Positions 37,115-46,511 of a DNA stretch of 64,000 nt are shown here, piece after piece. A program made the position numbers and the translations under genes. Source of the DNA: Deltaproteobacteria bacterium (GTDB lineage: Bacteria; Myxococcota_A; Polyangia; Fen-1088); contig JANRKS010000029.1 in the NCBI GenBank assembly GCA_033763315.1, positions 32,001 to 96,000 on the forward strand. Reading direction: 5' to 3'. Within the stretch, counting starts at the first letter, position 1, and the number at the start of each line of letters is the position of its first letter. The notes beneath the pieces were generated by a model. That model saw only the letters and a program-made list of their open reading frames with translations. It did no database searches and was not told the origin of the DNA.

Positions 37115-38967
37115 AAGTTTCGGATGCAATTGTGGGCCGCGCTGGTCGCCACGCCTCGCGCACGCAACGCTGGCTGATCACAATAGCCTTGGCGTTGGGC
37201 ACAATCACGTGGCTGCTGTGCACCGAAGGCGCGCAAGGGATCGGGCGCGATGAAGCTCAATACATGCGCGCCGGCGAACACTACTGGGGTTGGTTTGCCG
37301 AACTGGCCGACAACTTTGAAGCGGGGCACACGGGCGCCTCGTTTGCGCCGGCCACCATCGATCGCTATTGGACCGACAACGCGCCAGATCACCCCGTGAT
37401 CATGAAGGTGTTGTTCGGCGTTTCATGGCGTTTGTTTCATGCAGCCGAAGATCCCAATGGCGCAGGCTTGCATCCCGTGCCGCCTGGTCAACCCAAAGGC
37501 ACGTTCCCGCTGTTCAAGCGACCGTCAACGGCGTTTCGCTTGCCAGCCATCTTGTTCGCGGGGCTTTTGGCGGCGTTGGTGTTTTGTTTTGCATGCGAGT
37601 TCGTGCCGCTTGTGGCGGCCGTCGGCGCTTCCGTATTGACGATCGCGCAGCCCCACTATTTCTTCCATGCACCGATCGCCTGTTTCGACGCGCCCATCAC
37701 CACGATGGCCGTGGCTGTGGGGTACGCCTACTGGCGTTCGTTGCGAAACCCCGGTTGGGCGCTGGCGGGCGGTGTTTTGTTTGGCCTCGCGTTGGGCATC
37801 AAACACAACGCGTGGCTGATGCCGTTCTTCTTGGTGGCGCACTATCTTTGGATGCGCCGCAAAGACATCCTCCGTTTGCGCCTGCCGCCCGTGCCTTTGG
37901 TGTTCGTGTCGATGTTGGTTCTGGGGCCGCCGCTGTTCTTTGCGCACTGGCCGTGGTTGTGGCCAAGCCCGGCGCAGCGGGCGCGCACGTACGTTCTGCG
38001 CCACCTGCAGCACGAGCACTATAACTTCGAGTATCTCGGCCACAACTGGAACAACCCGCCCACCGATCTTGATCTTCAACTCCTGCGCTCAACGTTTCCG
38101 TTTGTCTCCACGGCGCTGACGATGCCCGTGACCACGATGCTGGTGGCGGGTTTTGGCGCGGCTGTGTTGTTGCGCCGGCGCAAGCGCCAAACGGAAGGCG
38201 CGGGTGACGACATGGCGGGGCAGCGTCTAACGTTGGATCCGGAGGTCATCCCGCAACCGCACGAGGCTTCATGGTTGCGGCCTGGGCAAGACGTGGATCG
38301 CGCGCTGGGTGGCTTTTTTTTCTTTCAGATCTTGGGGCCGATGAGTGTGTTGGCCGTGCCCGCGTCGCCCATTTTTGGTGGTGTCAAACACTACATGACC
38401 GCCTATCCGTATGTGGCGATCGTCGCTGCCATCGGTTTGGTATGGCTTTATGATCGCATGGCTCTCATCGCACGCGCGCGCGGTTGGCCGCGTCTGGTGC
38501 CGCTCGCACCCGCGGGTGTGGTGCTTGTGTGCTGCTTGCCGGCGTTGGCTGAAACGCAGCGATCGCATCCCGATGGCTTGAGCCATTACAACTGGCTTGC
38601 CGGTGGCTTCGCGGGCGGCGCCTCTTTAGGGATGAACCGCCAGTTTTGGGGTTATTCCGTGTTGCCGAAACTGGCGTGGATGGCAGAGCACCGGCCCGCC
38701 AACCGCAACACGTATTGGCACGATGTGCTTGGCGATTCGCTAAACATGTACGTGCGCGACGGCCGCTTGCCCCCCGGCATGGGCAACACGGGGGTGGGTG
38801 AAGAGGCCATCATGCGATCAGATCTGGGCATCATCGTTCACGAGCGACACATGAATCTATACGAAGGCGTGTTCTGGGAAAGTTATGGCACGGCCACGCC
38901 CGTGTTTGTGCGCACGCGTGAGGGCGTGCCATTGGTCACCGGCTACCGCCGCCCCGGAGCGCCATGA
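37111..38967 (+). CDS. ArnT/PMT-like (GT39/GT83-type) GT-C glycosyltransferase
   Basis: GIGRDE acidic loop, DHPVIMK, AFRLP, FDAP and GIKHNA in a multi-TM protein. Confidence 0.8.
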   Translation: MKVSDAIVGRAGRHASRTQRWLITIALALGTITWLLCTEGAQGIGRDEAQYMRAGEHYWGWFAELADNFEAGHTGASFAPATIDRYWTDNAPDHPVIMKVLFGVSWRLFHAAEDPNGAGLHPVPPGQPKGTFPLFKRPSTAFRLPAILFAGLLAALVFCFACEFVPLVAAVGASVLTIAQPHYFFHAPIACFDAPITTMAVAVGYAYWRSLRNPGWALAGGVLFGLALGIKHNAWLMPFFLVAHYLWMRRKDILRLRLPPVPLVFVSMLVLGPPLFFAHWPWLWPSPAQRARTYVLRHLQHEHYNFEYLGHNWNNPPTDLDLQLLRSTFPFVSTALTMPVTTMLVAGFGAAVLLRRRKRQTEGAGDDMAGQRLTLDPEVIPQPHEASWLRPGQDVDRALGGFFFFQILGPMSVLAVPASPIFGGVKHYMTAYPYVAIVAAIGLVWLYDRMALIARARGWPRLVPLAPAGVVLVCCLPALAETQRSHPDGLSHYNWLAGGFAGGASLGMNRQFWGYSVLPKLAWMAEHRPANRNTYWHDVLGDSLNMYVRDGRLPPGMGNTGVGEEAIMRSDLGIIVHERHMNLYEGVFWESYGTATPVFVRTREGVPLVTGYRRPGAP

Positions 38968-40424
38968 CTTCGACGAGCCCGAACGACACGATGACCGCCG
39001 CCGATGAACCGCTTCAAGTGGCGGCAGCGGCTGCCTCTTCGTCACGTTGGCTGCGTGGCTGGCGGGCCTTCGTGATGTTGTACGTGCTGTTCACCGCCTG
39101 TTATCTCGCGGCTTCGGGCACGCGGCTGCGGCACGCGTCGCCTTACAACCACTTCGCGTACCTCGCACATAGCTGGTTGCATGGCCATCTTGAGCTTGTG
39201 GTGAGCCCTCCCAATGAAAACGATTGGGCGAAGGTGGATGTGATCACCTTGCGCGATGGCCGCGTTATGAAAGGCATGTTCACAGGGGGTGGCAACCCAG
39301 ATCGGTTCGTGCCTCTGCACGGCAAGCCGATGACGATCATGCCCGACGAGATCGCGGGCCGCAGCTACATTCGTTATGTCTCGTTTCCGCCCTTTCCGGC
39401 ACTGCTGATGCTGCCCGTTGTGGCGGTGGCCGGCGTGGCCGCCAATGACGTCGTGTTCACAGCGTTGTGGGCGGGGCTCAATCCAGCGCTGTTGTATCTT
39501 TTGCTGGGCACTTTGCGCCGGCGCAATTATTCAGAGCGAACGCCGTTGCAGGATCTGTGGCTCACAGTTGCGATGGGCTTGGGCTCTGTATATTTCTTTT
39601 CGTCGGTCATAGGGCAGGTCTGGTACACAGCGCACGTTCTGGCCACCACTTTAGTGATTGGCTATGCGTGGGCCAGCCTCGACGCGCGGCGGCCGTATCT
39701 GGCAGGTTTGTGCTTGGGCTTGGGCTTCGCCACCCGCACGCCGCTTGGTTTTGCGTTCGTGTTCTTTGTTTGGGAAGCGGTCCGCGCGCATGGCGGCTGG
39801 GCGCATTTGTGGCGCACCAAAAAGATCCCATTATCGCTCGTGAAGGTGTGCGCCAAGGCCGCATTGCCCGCCTTGTTGATCGTGGCGTTGCTTTTGCTGC
39901 ATAACTATTTGCGCTTCGAGAAACTTTCTGAGTTCGGCCACAAGTTCTTAAACATCACGTGGCAAGGCCGCATTCAGCGTTGGGGCCTTTTCAACTATCA
40001 CTTCATGTCGCGGAACTTGGCCACGGCGTTGGTGTTGATGCCGCGTATCTTGGCGAAAGCCCCGTTTGTTCAAGTCAGCCAGCACGGCATGTCGCTGCTG
40101 ATCACGTCGCCCTTCTTGTGGCTGCTGTTGCGCCCGCGTCGCGGTTCGCCGCTGGCGCCCGGTTTGTGGCTCACAGTGCTTGCGGTGGCCTTGCCTTCAC
40201 TGCTTTATCAAAACTCGGGTTTCGTGCAGTTTGGGTATCGCTTCAGTTTGGACTACATGGTGCTTCTCATCATGCTTTTGGCTGTCGGCAACGCGCGCTT
40301 GCAAACGTGGTGGAAAGCGATGGTGGTGTTTGCTGTGGGCGTTAATTTGTTCGGCGCCCTTACATTTGACCGCGCGCCCGAATTTACATACAGCGATACC
40401 TATTTTCCGCACGGCGATAACTAA
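38964..40424 (+). CDS. Polytopic membrane protein, probable GT-C fold
   Basis: About 10 TM segments with SFPPFPALL, VWYTAH, ATR, HNYLRF and FGYRFSLD; ATGA-coupled to the previous gene. Confidence 0.7.
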   Translation: MTSTSPNDTMTAADEPLQVAAAAASSSRWLRGWRAFVMLYVLFTACYLAASGTRLRHASPYNHFAYLAHSWLHGHLELVVSPPNENDWAKVDVITLRDGRVMKGMFTGGGNPDRFVPLHGKPMTIMPDEIAGRSYIRYVSFPPFPALLMLPVVAVAGVAANDVVFTALWAGLNPALLYLLLGTLRRRNYSERTPLQDLWLTVAMGLGSVYFFSSVIGQVWYTAHVLATTLVIGYAWASLDARRPYLAGLCLGLGFATRTPLGFAFVFFVWEAVRAHGGWAHLWRTKKIPLSLVKVCAKAALPALLIVALLLLHNYLRFEKLSEFGHKFLNITWQGRIQRWGLFNYHFMSRNLATALVLMPRILAKAPFVQVSQHGMSLLITSPFLWLLLRPRRGSPLAPGLWLTVLAVALPSLLYQNSGFVQFGYRFSLDYMVLLIMLLAVGNARLQTWWKAMVVFAVGVNLFGALTFDRAPEFTYSDTYFPHGDN

Positions 40425-40564
40425 CCGCCTGCAATGGTTGGCTTTTGCTGTGGCGACGCAGGCGGTCGCCCTGCGCGAGCTGCTTTTGCGTTGCTCACTT
40501 ATGGTGGGCAGCACGTTTAAAGCTCAGTAACCTTCCCACGGTCCACGGCCAAAGCGGCGGATTC

Positions 40565-42127
40565 ATGCGCGCACCAACCTTCGCAACCTTGCTTTGTACG
40601 GCGGCCTTGTCGGCTTGTACAGGGTTGGTGACCGACCCGCCCGGGCAAGAAGGGCAGGGGCTGTCCGCGCGGCAAAACGATGGCGGTGCGGCAGCACTTG
40701 CGCCAGACGCCTCTTCCCCAGGGCTGCGCTTTCGCGCTGATCAAGCGGCCACGGAAGGCGCGCCCACGCCCGCGTGTGACTTAGCAATCACGGAAGTGGC
40801 CGCGTTTCAGTCGGTGAAGTCCAGCCTGTGGTTGGGCGGTCAGATTGTTGAAGGGGGGCCGGCCCTTGTGGCTGGTCGCGCCACTTTGTTTCGCGTGTTC
40901 GTTGCGCCTGGGCCATTTTGGCCCAACCGGTTATCGAAAGCGCGCTTGATTCTCACCGAGCCGGGCGGTTCGATTCGTATTTACGAAACGGAAAAACTGA
41001 TGGCCGGCGCTTCCGACGATGCGGATGGCGCGAGCACGTTCAATTTTTCCATCGAAGGCAGCGCCATCACGGATCAAACGAACTACCAGGTTCAACTTGA
41101 CCTTGGCGTTGATTGTCGTCGCTTTGAAAAATCGCGCACGGTGCCGCGGCAAGGCCCCCTACCTCTGGGAACTGTGAACGTGCCTGTGTTGCAGATGGTG
41201 CTTGTGCCTATGCGATATGGTGCTGACGGTAGCGGCCGTTTGCCGGACACTTCCCAACAACAGCTGGATCGCATCAAAGCGGCCATACTTGCCATGTTGC
41301 CGCTGCGTGATGTGCAAATATCGGTGCGTGCCCCCATCGACACAAACGCCACGCTGGATGCGCAGAGCTTTCCTATGTTTTTAGACACGATCCGGGCCCT
41401 GCGCGCCACGGACAACGCAGCCAAGAACGTGCATTACCTGGGATTGGTGGCGCCAGCAGAGTCGCTTGCCAGCTATTGCCAGGGCAGCTGCACAGCCGGG
41501 TTGGCGTTTGGCAATATGACTGACGATCCCAATCTGCGTGCCGGTGTTGCCGTGGGGTTCACGGGTGAGGAATCGATCCGCACGTTGATCCACGAGCTTG
41601 GCCACACCCTTGGTCTTAAACACGCGCCCTGCAACACCAGCGATGCGGTGGACCCGCTGTTTCCATACGAGAATGGTTTGATCGGGGTGTGGGGTTATGA
41701 CGAACGCCAGCGCAGGCTGCGCGATCCGGGGGTCGTTGGCGATTTTATGGGCTATTGCCCCGATCACTGGATCAGCGACTACTCATACAGCAAGGTTTCC
41801 AGCCGGCTGCGTTCCTTCGCGAGCGAGGGTGGCCAAGCCCTTTCGGTGGTTGCTGTGTCACGCGAGCCTATGACCAGTGTGTGGGTGCCGCTGCACGGGC
41901 CGCCCTCGATGGGCTCTCGGCACAGGGTGGGTTTGCCGTTGCCAGGTGAGACCGTGACGGCCGTGTGGAGCCCAAGCACGGGCGGCTCGCAAGCGGTGGA
42001 TGTGCAGTCTTTGCCGGTGCAAGACGCGGATGGGCGCATGTGGTTGCTCCCTGACTGGTTGTTGTCCACGCCGGGCCGGCTGTTCTTGCCTGCCACGCCG
42101 GGCGCTTTGCCGTTGCCGCTGGATTGA
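40565..42127 (+). CDS. M66-like zinc metalloprotease lipoprotein
   Basis: ALSAC lipobox, LVAGRATLFRVF, HELGHTLGLKHAPC (HExxHxxGxxH) and DFMGYC (Met-turn). Confidence 0.85.
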   Translation: MRAPTFATLLCTAALSACTGLVTDPPGQEGQGLSARQNDGGAAALAPDASSPGLRFRADQAATEGAPTPACDLAITEVAAFQSVKSSLWLGGQIVEGGPALVAGRATLFRVFVAPGPFWPNRLSKARLILTEPGGSIRIYETEKLMAGASDDADGASTFNFSIEGSAITDQTNYQVQLDLGVDCRRFEKSRTVPRQGPLPLGTVNVPVLQMVLVPMRYGADGSGRLPDTSQQQLDRIKAAILAMLPLRDVQISVRAPIDTNATLDAQSFPMFLDTIRALRATDNAAKNVHYLGLVAPAESLASYCQGSCTAGLAFGNMTDDPNLRAGVAVGFTGEESIRTLIHELGHTLGLKHAPCNTSDAVDPLFPYENGLIGVWGYDERQRRLRDPGVVGDFMGYCPDHWISDYSYSKVSSRLRSFASEGGQALSVVAVSREPMTSVWVPLHGPPSMGSRHRVGLPLPGETVTAVWSPSTGGSQAVDVQSLPVQDADGRMWLLPDWLLSTPGRLFLPATPGALPLPLD

Positions 42128-42330
42128 CTTTCGCGTCCGCAAGCGACATAGGGCGATAGACCAAACCGGGTGTGGCACAAAATTCTTGGGGAAGATTTTG
42201 CCGCTAACTCGGCCGTGGATACTGAGTGTGCTTATGCACGTGTATGTGAGAACCGCTTAGACTGGCCAGGCGCGCAGTGTGGCAGATTGATGCCGGCCTG
42301 GGGTATCATGCAGCGGCACCCGTGCCCACG

Positions 42331-44064
42331 ATGGCTTATGACCCCGATGCCCCGAATCCCCCGTCGACCGACGAACGCCTTTCTGCGTCCCACGAGCGAA
42401 CGGCTGCGATGATCGGTCGCACCATCGCGGGCAATTTCCGAATCAACAGCCTCATTGGGGCGGGCGCGATGGGCGACGTTTATCGTGCGACCCAATTGTC
42501 GCTGCAAAAAGACGTCGCCATCAAACTGCTCAGACGCGAGTTGATGATCGACGAGACGCTACGCAAGCGATTCGAGCTCGAAGCAAAAAACGCTTCGTCG
42601 TTAAATCACCCGAATTGCATTCAGATCATCGACTTTGGTCGCGACGGCGATTTGTTGTTCATCGCCATGGAGTTTTTGGCAGGCGTCGATCTGAGCCAAC
42701 TGCTTGAACGAGATTGGCCCGTGTCGCTTGAGCGCACTGTGCACATCTTCGATCAAGTGCTCGCTGCTCTTGAAGAGGCGCATGAACACGGCATTGTTCA
42801 CCGCGATCTTAAACCGGCGAACGTTATGTTGGTCACGCGGCGTGGTGATCCGGATTTCGTGAAGGTGTGCGACTTCGGCATCGCCAAAGCCGATGGCGCG
42901 CAGTCATCTTGGGCCGAGGGCCTTACGATGAAGGGCTTCATTTGCGGCACGCCCGAATACATGAGCCCCGAGCAGGCGCGCGGTGATCGGCTTGATGGCC
43001 GTTCGGATTTGTACGCCGCAGGCGTGTTGCTTTATCAAATGCTCACGCGCGAGGTGCCGTTTAAGTCAACGTCGCCCGTGGCTTTGCTCAGCATGCATTT
43101 GAGCGAGATGCCCCAGCCGCCCACGCTACGTCACGTGGGTTTAGACATCCCGGCCAAGCTTGAGCAGCTGGTGCTGCAGGCGATGGAAAAAGATCCGAAC
43201 AAACGCCCGCAAACGGCGGCCGCGTTCCGCGAGGCTTTGCGCGATTCAGTTTCGGAATTCTTGGCCTATGTGCCTGCGTTGGGTACGGGGCCACGTTCCT
43301 CGGGCGCGAAGATCAGCCACATGATGGCACCTTCTTCATCGTCGCTGACGGGTGCTGTCTCGCCGGTGACGCCTGCCTTTCCAAGCACGGTCGATCGGTT
43401 GTCCGCATCCAAGCGGGCGCCGAAGTGGACTTTGTTGTTGGGTGCGGCTGGCCTGCTGGCTGCGGGTGCCGCCATCTTGGTACCGGCGATGCGCACCGGC
43501 AACGTGGCTGCGCCGCCTGCGGCCCCGCCCGTCGCTCCGGTCGCGGTTGTGCCGGCAGCGGCGCCTGCCCCTTTGCCTCCGCCTTTGCCGACTCCGGCGG
43601 CTGAGGCCAAACCGCCGCAAGCGGAAGCCGTGCCACCCGCCGTGACGGCTCTTTCACCTGTCGAACGGCAGCAATTGCACCGTGCACGCCCTAAGCTGAC
43701 CCACACCTCCTCGGTGGGCAAGGGTCCCGCAGCGAAAGTGGCAGCGCCCGTGCCCGCCCCCGTGGCCAACGTTCAGGCCCCAGCGCCGGTGCCCGCACCT
43801 GTCGTGGTGGCCGCAGCCCCCGCGGCCGAGCCGCCGCTTAAAGAAGCACAAAAGCTTATGGGCAAGGGCCAATACGCCGAAGCATGTGCACGCGGTGAAG
43901 ACGCCCGTAAACAAGAGCCGAAATCCCCTGAGGTCTATCGATTTTTGGGCAAGTGCTATATGCGCGCGGGCGATCCTGCGCGAGCGAATGAGAATTACCG
44001 GAAATATCTTGAGCTGGCTCCGTCTGCACCTGATGCCGCCTTCATCAAGAGCATCGTTAAGTAA
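42331..44064 (+). CDS. Hanks-type Ser/Thr protein kinase with TM helix, Pro-rich linker and C-terminal TPR
   Basis: IGAGAMGDVY, VAIKLL, HRDLKPAN, VCDFGIAK and GTPEYMSPEQ; TM near WTLLLGAAGLLAAG. Confidence 0.95.
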   Translation: MAYDPDAPNPPSTDERLSASHERTAAMIGRTIAGNFRINSLIGAGAMGDVYRATQLSLQKDVAIKLLRRELMIDETLRKRFELEAKNASSLNHPNCIQIIDFGRDGDLLFIAMEFLAGVDLSQLLERDWPVSLERTVHIFDQVLAALEEAHEHGIVHRDLKPANVMLVTRRGDPDFVKVCDFGIAKADGAQSSWAEGLTMKGFICGTPEYMSPEQARGDRLDGRSDLYAAGVLLYQMLTREVPFKSTSPVALLSMHLSEMPQPPTLRHVGLDIPAKLEQLVLQAMEKDPNKRPQTAAAFREALRDSVSEFLAYVPALGTGPRSSGAKISHMMAPSSSSLTGAVSPVTPAFPSTVDRLSASKRAPKWTLLLGAAGLLAAGAAILVPAMRTGNVAAPPAAPPVAPVAVVPAAAPAPLPPPLPTPAAEAKPPQAEAVPPAVTALSPVERQQLHRARPKLTHTSSVGKGPAAKVAAPVPAPVANVQAPAPVPAPVVVAAAPAAEPPLKEAQKLMGKGQYAEACARGEDARKQEPKSPEVYRFLGKCYMRAGDPARANENYRKYLELAPSAPDAAFIKSIVK

Positions 44065-44076
44065 AGGCACCACATT

Positions 44077-45456
44077 ATGAGACGCCCCATCCACCGTTTT
44101 TCTGCGGCGGCGTTGTTTGGCTTCTGTTTTGCCCTCAGCGCGTCCTGCCAGGTTGACGAAGAGAAGTTTCAGCAGCGCATTTATTCGTGCAACCCCAGCG
44201 CCAAAGATCCCGCGTGTGGCACTGACGTCGAAGGTCAGCCCATGGTGTGCGTGGGCGCGCAACAGTTGGGCGGGCCGAATTTTTGCTCCATCTCTTGCGA
44301 TCGAGCGGTGGTGCCCGTCGATGGCAACGCCTCTATCGCGTGCATTCCGGCGGGGCCTGTTTCTGCCCAACGGTTGTCGGGCGCGGCTCTCAAGAAGTGC
44401 AACCCCGCTGTGCCGGACTCTTGCGGCAACCCACAGCTTTCATGCCTGCGCACGGATCTGTTGAAGGACGAAGGCGTGTGCATGACGATCAGCACATGCC
44501 AGGCCAACAGCGACTGCCGCGATCCCGTGCGCAACGTTTGTATGGGTGAGCTTCTCAAAAGCACATACCCTGCGTCCCCTTTGGTTTCGGATCACACTTA
44601 CTGTTTGCAAACGGGTTGCCGCGGCGATGGCACGGCCTGTTCGCCTGGTGAAGTGTGCCTAAGGAACGTGTTTCCGAAAGAATCGAAGCCTTCCGACATT
44701 TGCGTTCCGCAATGTGATTCCAACAACAACTGCCCGCCCAACTATTTTTGTTACCGCCGTCTTTATAGTTCATCGGTGCCGAACGTCTGCGTGCCGGGGC
44801 TAATGGGCCTGCGCTGCGAAACCAACATGGATTGCTTGTTTGGCAGCTGCGTCGAAACGGGCGCGGGCTTTCGGATGTGCTCGGTGTCGTGCCAAGATGA
44901 CAACGACTGCGCGAAATTCGACGGCGATCAAGGCACGTTTTTCTGCAACCCCCAGAAGGTGTGCGCGGGGCCGCGGGCGTTTCGCGGTGCTTTTTGCGAC
45001 AAGGACACAGACTGTCATCCGAACGAGGTGTGTTCACGCTTTACTCAGCTGGCCAGCGGTCAAGGCTTATGTTTGTTTCCGTGCGAAGGCTTCACGTGCC
45101 CCTCTTACGGCGGCGTCAATCACATGTGCTTGCCGCAACTTAAGCCCTACGCCGATCAAGGGGCGCCCAACGTATGTTTCCCTGGTGAGCTGGGCATTCC
45201 GTGCGTTGACGACATCAACTGCGTGGGCGGCCTACGTTGCATGCGGGGACCGAACGCGACTGTCGGTGCCTGCTCCACTTTGTGCAAAGACGATTCTGAT
45301 TGCCTAAAGCAACGCTTTGCCAAGGATGGCTTCTGCGATGTGACCGCAAACATCTGTCGGCCGGCCTTAAAAGCGCCGGCGGCGTGCGTGACCAACCAGC
45401 AATGTGAATCCAAAGACTGCCTTAACGGCAAGTGTGCAGAGGTTCCTGGGTACTAA
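44077..45456 (+). CDS. Cysteine-rich lipoprotein
   Basis: LSASC lipobox; about 50 Cys in 459 aa, with repeated C-x4-C units (CQDDNDC, CDKDTDC, CKDDSDC). Confidence 0.82.
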   Translation: MRRPIHRFSAAALFGFCFALSASCQVDEEKFQQRIYSCNPSAKDPACGTDVEGQPMVCVGAQQLGGPNFCSISCDRAVVPVDGNASIACIPAGPVSAQRLSGAALKKCNPAVPDSCGNPQLSCLRTDLLKDEGVCMTISTCQANSDCRDPVRNVCMGELLKSTYPASPLVSDHTYCLQTGCRGDGTACSPGEVCLRNVFPKESKPSDICVPQCDSNNNCPPNYFCYRRLYSSSVPNVCVPGLMGLRCETNMDCLFGSCVETGAGFRMCSVSCQDDNDCAKFDGDQGTFFCNPQKVCAGPRAFRGAFCDKDTDCHPNEVCSRFTQLASGQGLCLFPCEGFTCPSYGGVNHMCLPQLKPYADQGAPNVCFPGELGIPCVDDINCVGGLRCMRGPNATVGACSTLCKDDSDCLKQRFAKDGFCDVTANICRPALKAPAACVTNQQCESKDCLNGKCAEVPGY

Positions 45457-45467
45457 GGGGGGGTATT

Positions 45468-46439
45468 ATGCGCAAGATTTTATTTTCCGTGTGCATCGTA
45501 GCCTGCCTTCTTTGTGGCGTCGGTGCTGCCCGAGCAAACGAAAAATTGGCCGTGCTTGTGTTGGGAACGTCCGAGGCCAATGCAGATCTGGCCGAAAACG
45601 TCACCGAAGTTGTGATCGCGTACATTGCGCGCCAGGGCTCGTTTGAGCTGGCCGGCAAAGAAGAGTTTCAATCGCGTTTGGGGGTGGATTCTGAGCTGCG
45701 TGGGCAGGCGTGCCTTGAAAGCCTTTCGTGCCTTTCGCGCGCCGCCGTGTCGTTGGGCGTGCGGCGCATCGTCTCGGGCAGCGTGGGCACACGTGGCAAA
45801 CAATTCTTGTTCAGTTTGGCGCTGAACAACGTTGAATCAGGGCAAGTTGAAAACCGTGTGTTTCGTTTGATCGAAGGCGATGTCGGCTTGCTGATCAAGG
45901 CCGTGGAGCAGGGCATTTCCGAACTGTTCAAACCGCGCGTCGAACCTGGACGCGTGGAAGTCAAAAGCGTGCCCGCGGGCGCGCGCGTGTCGATCGATAA
46001 CGCTTACCTCGGCGTCACACCACTCATCTCGGGGACCCTGCTGCCGGGCGCTCACAAAGTGCGCGTGGAAGCGGACAACCGGTTTTCGTGGGTTTCCAAA
46101 GTGGAAGTGATGCCGGGCCAAGATCTTGGCATCAACTTGACGGAGAACAATCTGCCGTTGCGCAGCCGCCGTCCCGGCCGCGTGGCCTACACCACTGGTG
46201 TGATGGGCGTTGCGGCGTTGGCCGCGGGCGGCTTCTTTGGTGTGTTGTCACAAACGAACACTTCAGGCAACACACGGGCGGATGCCCAATCCGACTTCAA
46301 CGAACGCAAGGATTTTGCCACCTACGCCAACGTATCGCTTATCTCGGGCGGGGCGTTGGCTTTGATATCGCTGGCCACGTTCGTGCTCTACCGCGACGAC
46401 ATCTTCGGACGCGACGAAGAAGACGTTGATTTGAAGTGA
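45468..46439 (+). CDS. PEGA domain protein with C-terminal TM helices
   Basis: Signal peptide, C...SC.. TolB-N-like region, SVPAGARVSID..YLGVTP..LPGAH and two C-terminal TM segments. Confidence 0.85.
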   Translation: MRKILFSVCIVACLLCGVGAARANEKLAVLVLGTSEANADLAENVTEVVIAYIARQGSFELAGKEEFQSRLGVDSELRGQACLESLSCLSRAAVSLGVRRIVSGSVGTRGKQFLFSLALNNVESGQVENRVFRLIEGDVGLLIKAVEQGISELFKPRVEPGRVEVKSVPAGARVSIDNAYLGVTPLISGTLLPGAHKVRVEADNRFSWVSKVEVMPGQDLGINLTENNLPLRSRRPGRVAYTTGVMGVAALAAGGFFGVLSQTNTSGNTRADAQSDFNERKDFATYANVSLISGGALALISLATFVLYRDDIFGRDEEDVDLK

Positions 46440-46511
46440 GTTGCATAACATCGCCAGTGATGAACCCAGCGGCGAAGTGAGAGCCGTCGCCTGGTAAGTT
46501 GAGAATGACAG

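Noticed and set aside
42173-42190. TGGCAC upstream of the Ser/Thr kinase as a sigma54 promoter
   Set aside because: There is no TTGC at the required -12 spacing (the sequence reads TGGCAC-AAAAT-TCTT).
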